DNA from: Alphaproteobacteria bacterium
Lineage (GTDB): Bacteria > Pseudomonadota > Alphaproteobacteria > MPNO01
Length of the DNA: 64,000 bases
Direction: 5' to 3'
Assembly (NCBI GenBank): GCA_965248835.1
Contig: CBDFLJ010000002.1
Span: 1,024,001 to 1,088,000, forward strand
The translations under genes were made by a program, and so were the position numbers. Every line of letters starts with the position of its first letter. Position 1 is the first letter of the stretch. Shown piece by piece: positions 60,977-64,000 of the stretch. A model generated the notes under the pieces. It saw nothing but the letters and a program-made list of their open reading frames with translations, was not told the origin of the DNA and made no database searches.

Positions 60977-61245
60977 GCCGTTCAAGCTTGCGCGGAATCG
61001 CAGGTTTGTGGTTGGTGTTTTCACAAGATGTTGTGGTTAGCGACCGTGGGAACACGCTATGGGCCATGCTCATTCCTTGGATCTGCGTCGGCGGATGTTG
61101 GCTGCGGTGGCGCGTGGCGCATTGTGTCGGGCAATGGCGGAGCGTTTCGATGTCAGTGCGTCGAGCGTGATCAAGCTGGTGCGGCGTTGGCGGCGGAGCG
61201 GGGATTGCGCCCCGGCCAAGCCGGGCGGCGGGCGCAAGCGTAAGC
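60973..61245 (+). pseudogene. IS630-family left end and N-terminal HTH remnant
   Basis: TAGAGCCGTT start; MGHAHSLDLRRR...AERFDVSASSVIKLVRRWR...GG. Confidence 0.75.
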
Positions 61246-61695
61246 TTGCCGGGCAAGCTGATCAAGGGCAAGAAGCGGCACGTCCTGGTCGACACCCAGG
61301 GCCTGCTGCTGCGCGGCCTGGTCACCGCGGCCGACGTCCAGGACCGCGACGGCGGCATCACGCTGCTGGCGAACCTGTTCGGCCTGTTCCCGTTCCTGCG
61401 AAAGCTGTTCGCCGACGGCGCCTATGAGAGGCCGGTCTTTCATGGCGCGCCGGCCGGCATCCTGCCCCGGCTCGAAACCGAGATCGTCAAGCGGTCCGAC
61501 CGGGCCAACGGCTTGGTCGTACTGCCCAAGCGCTGGATCGTCGAGCGCTCCATCGCCTGGCTCAACCGCTGCCGGCGGCTCGCCAAGGACTGGGAAAACC
61601 GCAACCGCAACGCCCTCGGTTTCCGCAAGCTCGCCTCGATCCGACTCATGCTCCGAAAACTCTCCAACCCTTCATGACGTCCCCGGACGGACACT
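61246..61695 (+). pseudogene. IS5-family (IS1031-like) transposase C-terminal remnant
   Basis: GKLIKGKKRHVLVDTQG, FADGAY and RWIVERSIAWLNRCRRLAKDWE motifs. Confidence 0.82.
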
Positions 61696-62155
61696 AAGGT
61701 CACGGACGACACTAGCGACATGTTCGGCTTCTGGCCCCGAGGTCTTTCCGACGATGGTCCGTTGAATCTCGCGGATTTGCTCGACTTGGCCTTGGCAGCC
61801 AAAGGAGCTGTTTCGTTGCGCCAAAGCCGCCAATTGGCTCTTTATCGGACGGAATCGGCTCAAAGGCGGCCGCAGGTCACAGGTGGGTTGCATCTCGCAC
61901 GAGTTTGAGCCAAGCTCAACCAACTGGGAGGCTCCACATGGGAAATCTCGGATAAATACAAATATAAAATGGATCCATAACCCGAAAAATTAAAGATTAC
62001 GCGCGCGCTAGAATGAATTTCAGAGATGGTATTTTGGTTTTAGTTATGGATGACGTGGCAATCACTGCGTATCTGAAATGAAAAAGGCTTCGCGACTTCG
62101 ATCCGGGATTGCTTGCGCTTTGAGGTCGCGGAAGCCGGACAGCAGGGAGGCAAAC

Positions 62156-63160
62156 ATGAAGAAGCTTTTGGTGACCCTGGCGGCGGGGGCCGCCCTATCG
62201 GCGATGTCGCAAGGCGCGCTGGCCGCGTGCGGATCGGTCGTGATCGCGAACATGAACTGGGCCTCGGCCGAGCTATTGGCCAACGTCGACAAAATCATCC
62301 TCGAAAAGGGCTATGGCTGCGACGCTTCGATGGTCCCGGGCGACACCATGCCGACTTTCACGTCCATGAACGAAAAGGGCCGGCCCGATGTCGCGCCCGA
62401 ACTCTGGGCGAACTTTCTCCGTGACCCGCTCGGCGAGGCCATGAAGGAGGGACGGCTGCATACGTTGAACAGGGGGCCGATCCTCGGGGTCGGCGAGGGC
62501 TGGTGGATCCCGCGGCACACGGCCAAGAAACATCCCGAGCTGAAGACGGTTCTGGATGTTCTGAAACGTCCGGACCTGTTCCCGTACCAGGAAGACCTTT
62601 CGAAGGGCGCATTTGTCAACTGCCCGGCGGGATGGGGGTGCCAGCTGACCAACTCCAACCTCTTCCGGGCGTTCGAAATGAAAAAGAAGGGCTGGGTCCT
62701 GGTGGATCCGGGTTCCGCCGCCGGCCTGGACGGATCCCTGGCCAAGGCCGTGGAACGGGGTCAGAACTGGTTCGGCTATTACTGGGCGCCGACGGCGCTG
62801 GTCGGCAAGTTCCGTCCGGTTAAGGTGCCGTTCGGGGTGCCGTTTGTCGGCACCGAGCATTGGGACGGCTGCATCGTCAAGCCGGAACAGGAATGCGCCG
62901 ACCCGAAACCCTCGTCCTGGACCAAATCCGAAGTGCATACCGTGGCCGGCGACAGGTTCGTGAAGAACGGCGGCGTGGCGGTCGACTATCTGAGGGCGCG
63001 CGTCTTTCCCGGCGACGTCATCAACGCCATGCTGGCCTATATGCAGGCCAACCAGGCGAGCGGCGAAGAAGCGGCGCTGGAGTTCCTGCGCAAGCACGAG
63101 AGCGTCTGGACGAAGTGGGTTTCGGCGGATGCCGCGGCAAAGGTGAAGTCCTCGCTCTAG
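62156..63160 (+). CDS. glycine betaine/proline-type ABC substrate-binding protein (ProX-like)
   Basis: Signal peptide; MNWASAE, PELW, CPAGWGC and YYWAPT motifs; RBS GGGAGG. Confidence 0.88.
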   Translation: MKKLLVTLAAGAALSAMSQGALAACGSVVIANMNWASAELLANVDKIILEKGYGCDASMVPGDTMPTFTSMNEKGRPDVAPELWANFLRDPLGEAMKEGRLHTLNRGPILGVGEGWWIPRHTAKKHPELKTVLDVLKRPDLFPYQEDLSKGAFVNCPAGWGCQLTNSNLFRAFEMKKKGWVLVDPGSAAGLDGSLAKAVERGQNWFGYYWAPTALVGKFRPVKVPFGVPFVGTEHWDGCIVKPEQECADPKPSSWTKSEVHTVAGDRFVKNGGVAVDYLRARVFPGDVINAMLAYMQANQASGEEAALEFLRKHESVWTKWVSADAAAKVKSSL

Positions 63161-63237
63161 GTTGAAACCGCCTGAGGGTGTCGCGGATCCGCTGATCATC
63201 GGCTATAAGTGGACCCGACCTCCTCTCGCCAAGGGCT

Positions 63238-64000
63238 TTGGTTTTGGGACTTCTTGACGAATTCCCCACCTTGGGGGTTCAGGAACTACGTGACCTCAAG
63301 AAGGCCATAGACCGTGGCTTTCGCGACTTCTCCCGGACCCACGGAGAAGCGCTCGAGAATTTCTTCGACCCGCTGCTGCAATTCCTGGTCTGGTTCGAAA
63401 GGTTGCTGCAGACCAGCCCTTGGCCGCTAGTGATTATCGTCATCGCCGTCCTCGCCTGGCTCGGCGCGCGGAGCTGGCTGGTGGTCGGGGGAACGGTCGC
63501 ATCGTTTCTCGCGATCGGCTATCTCGGCATGTGGCAGGACACGATGGCGACGCTCGCCATCATCTCGGTCGCCACGTTGATCTGTATCGTGGTGGGAATC
63601 CCCGTCGGCATCTCGATGGCACGCTCCGACCGCGTTCAGGCGATAATCACCCCGCTGCTCGACGTTATGCAGACAATTCCGAGCTTCGTCTACCTGATCC
63701 CGGTGGTCATGCTGCTCGGCATCGGAAAGGTCCCTGGGCTGATTGCCGTCTGCATCTACGCCCTGCCCCCGATCGTGCGTCTGACCAATCTCGGAATTCG
63801 TCTGGTCGACAGGGAGGTGCAGGAAGCCGCCGACGCCTTCGGGGCCAGCTACTCGCAAAAGCTGTTCGGCGTGCAGATCCCCCTCGCCCTGCCCAACATC
63901 TTTGCCGGCGTGAACCAGACGATCATGATGTCGCTTGCGATGGTCGTCATCGCCTCCATGATCGGGGTCAAGGGGCTTGGGGTGCCCGTGTTGAGGGCGA
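63238..64000 (+). CDS. ProW-like ABC permease (partial)
   Basis: Manual translation gives PLLDVMQTIPSFVYLIP...PPIVRLTNLGIR...EAADAFG...AGVNQTIMMSLAMVVIASMIG; TTG start uncertain; runs off the window. Confidence 0.88.
   Translation, partial: MVLGLLDEFPTLGVQELRDLKKAIDRGFRDFSRTHGEALENFFDPLLQFLVWFERLLQTSPWPLVIIVIAVLAWLGARSWLVVGGTVASFLAIGYLGMWQDTMATLAIISVATLICIVVGIPVGISMARSDRVQAIITPLLDVMQTIPSFVYLIPVVMLLGIGKVPGLIAVCIYALPPIVRLTNLGIRLVDREVQEAADAFGASYSQKLFGVQIPLALPNIFAGVNQTIMMSLAMVVIASMIGVKGLGVPVLRA

Overview
GC-rich alphaproteobacterial chromosome segment (alphaproteobacterial LexA boxes, recA-alaS-icd, tRNA-Gln/ppx/rlmE). From left to right: (1) a DUF4396-like gene with a MerR/CueR-type promoter and an IS1380 scar; (2) a 10-gene Mrp-type cation/H+ antiporter operon with three MrpD-like subunits; (3) a double cold-shock-domain gene, a TPP-riboswitch-controlled ThiXYZ-type ABC transporter, recA, alaS, icd, LOG, two c-type cytochromes and a LysM protein with five 105-bp repeats; (4) a ~19-kb divergent catabolic island (22.1-41.4 kb): ABC importer, hydrolases, psuG and a CoA ligase on the minus strand, and on the plus strand an orphan oxygenase beta subunit, two amidohydrolases, DUF2182/DUF1326, an orphan Mo-hydroxylase large subunit coupled (TGATG) to a B12-dependent catabolic reductive dehalogenase, and a YciI protein; (5) a nonulosonic-acid (neuABC) glycan locus with two interleaved direct repeats that could resolve into two mutually exclusive configurations, one carrying a B12 radical SAM gene; (6) an intact IS1380, many nested IS remnants and a ProX/ProW-type ABC transporter. 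The best novel-system candidates are the Mo-hydroxylase/RdhA/YciI module and the neu cassette architecture. All family assignments come from motif recognition by eye, not database searches.
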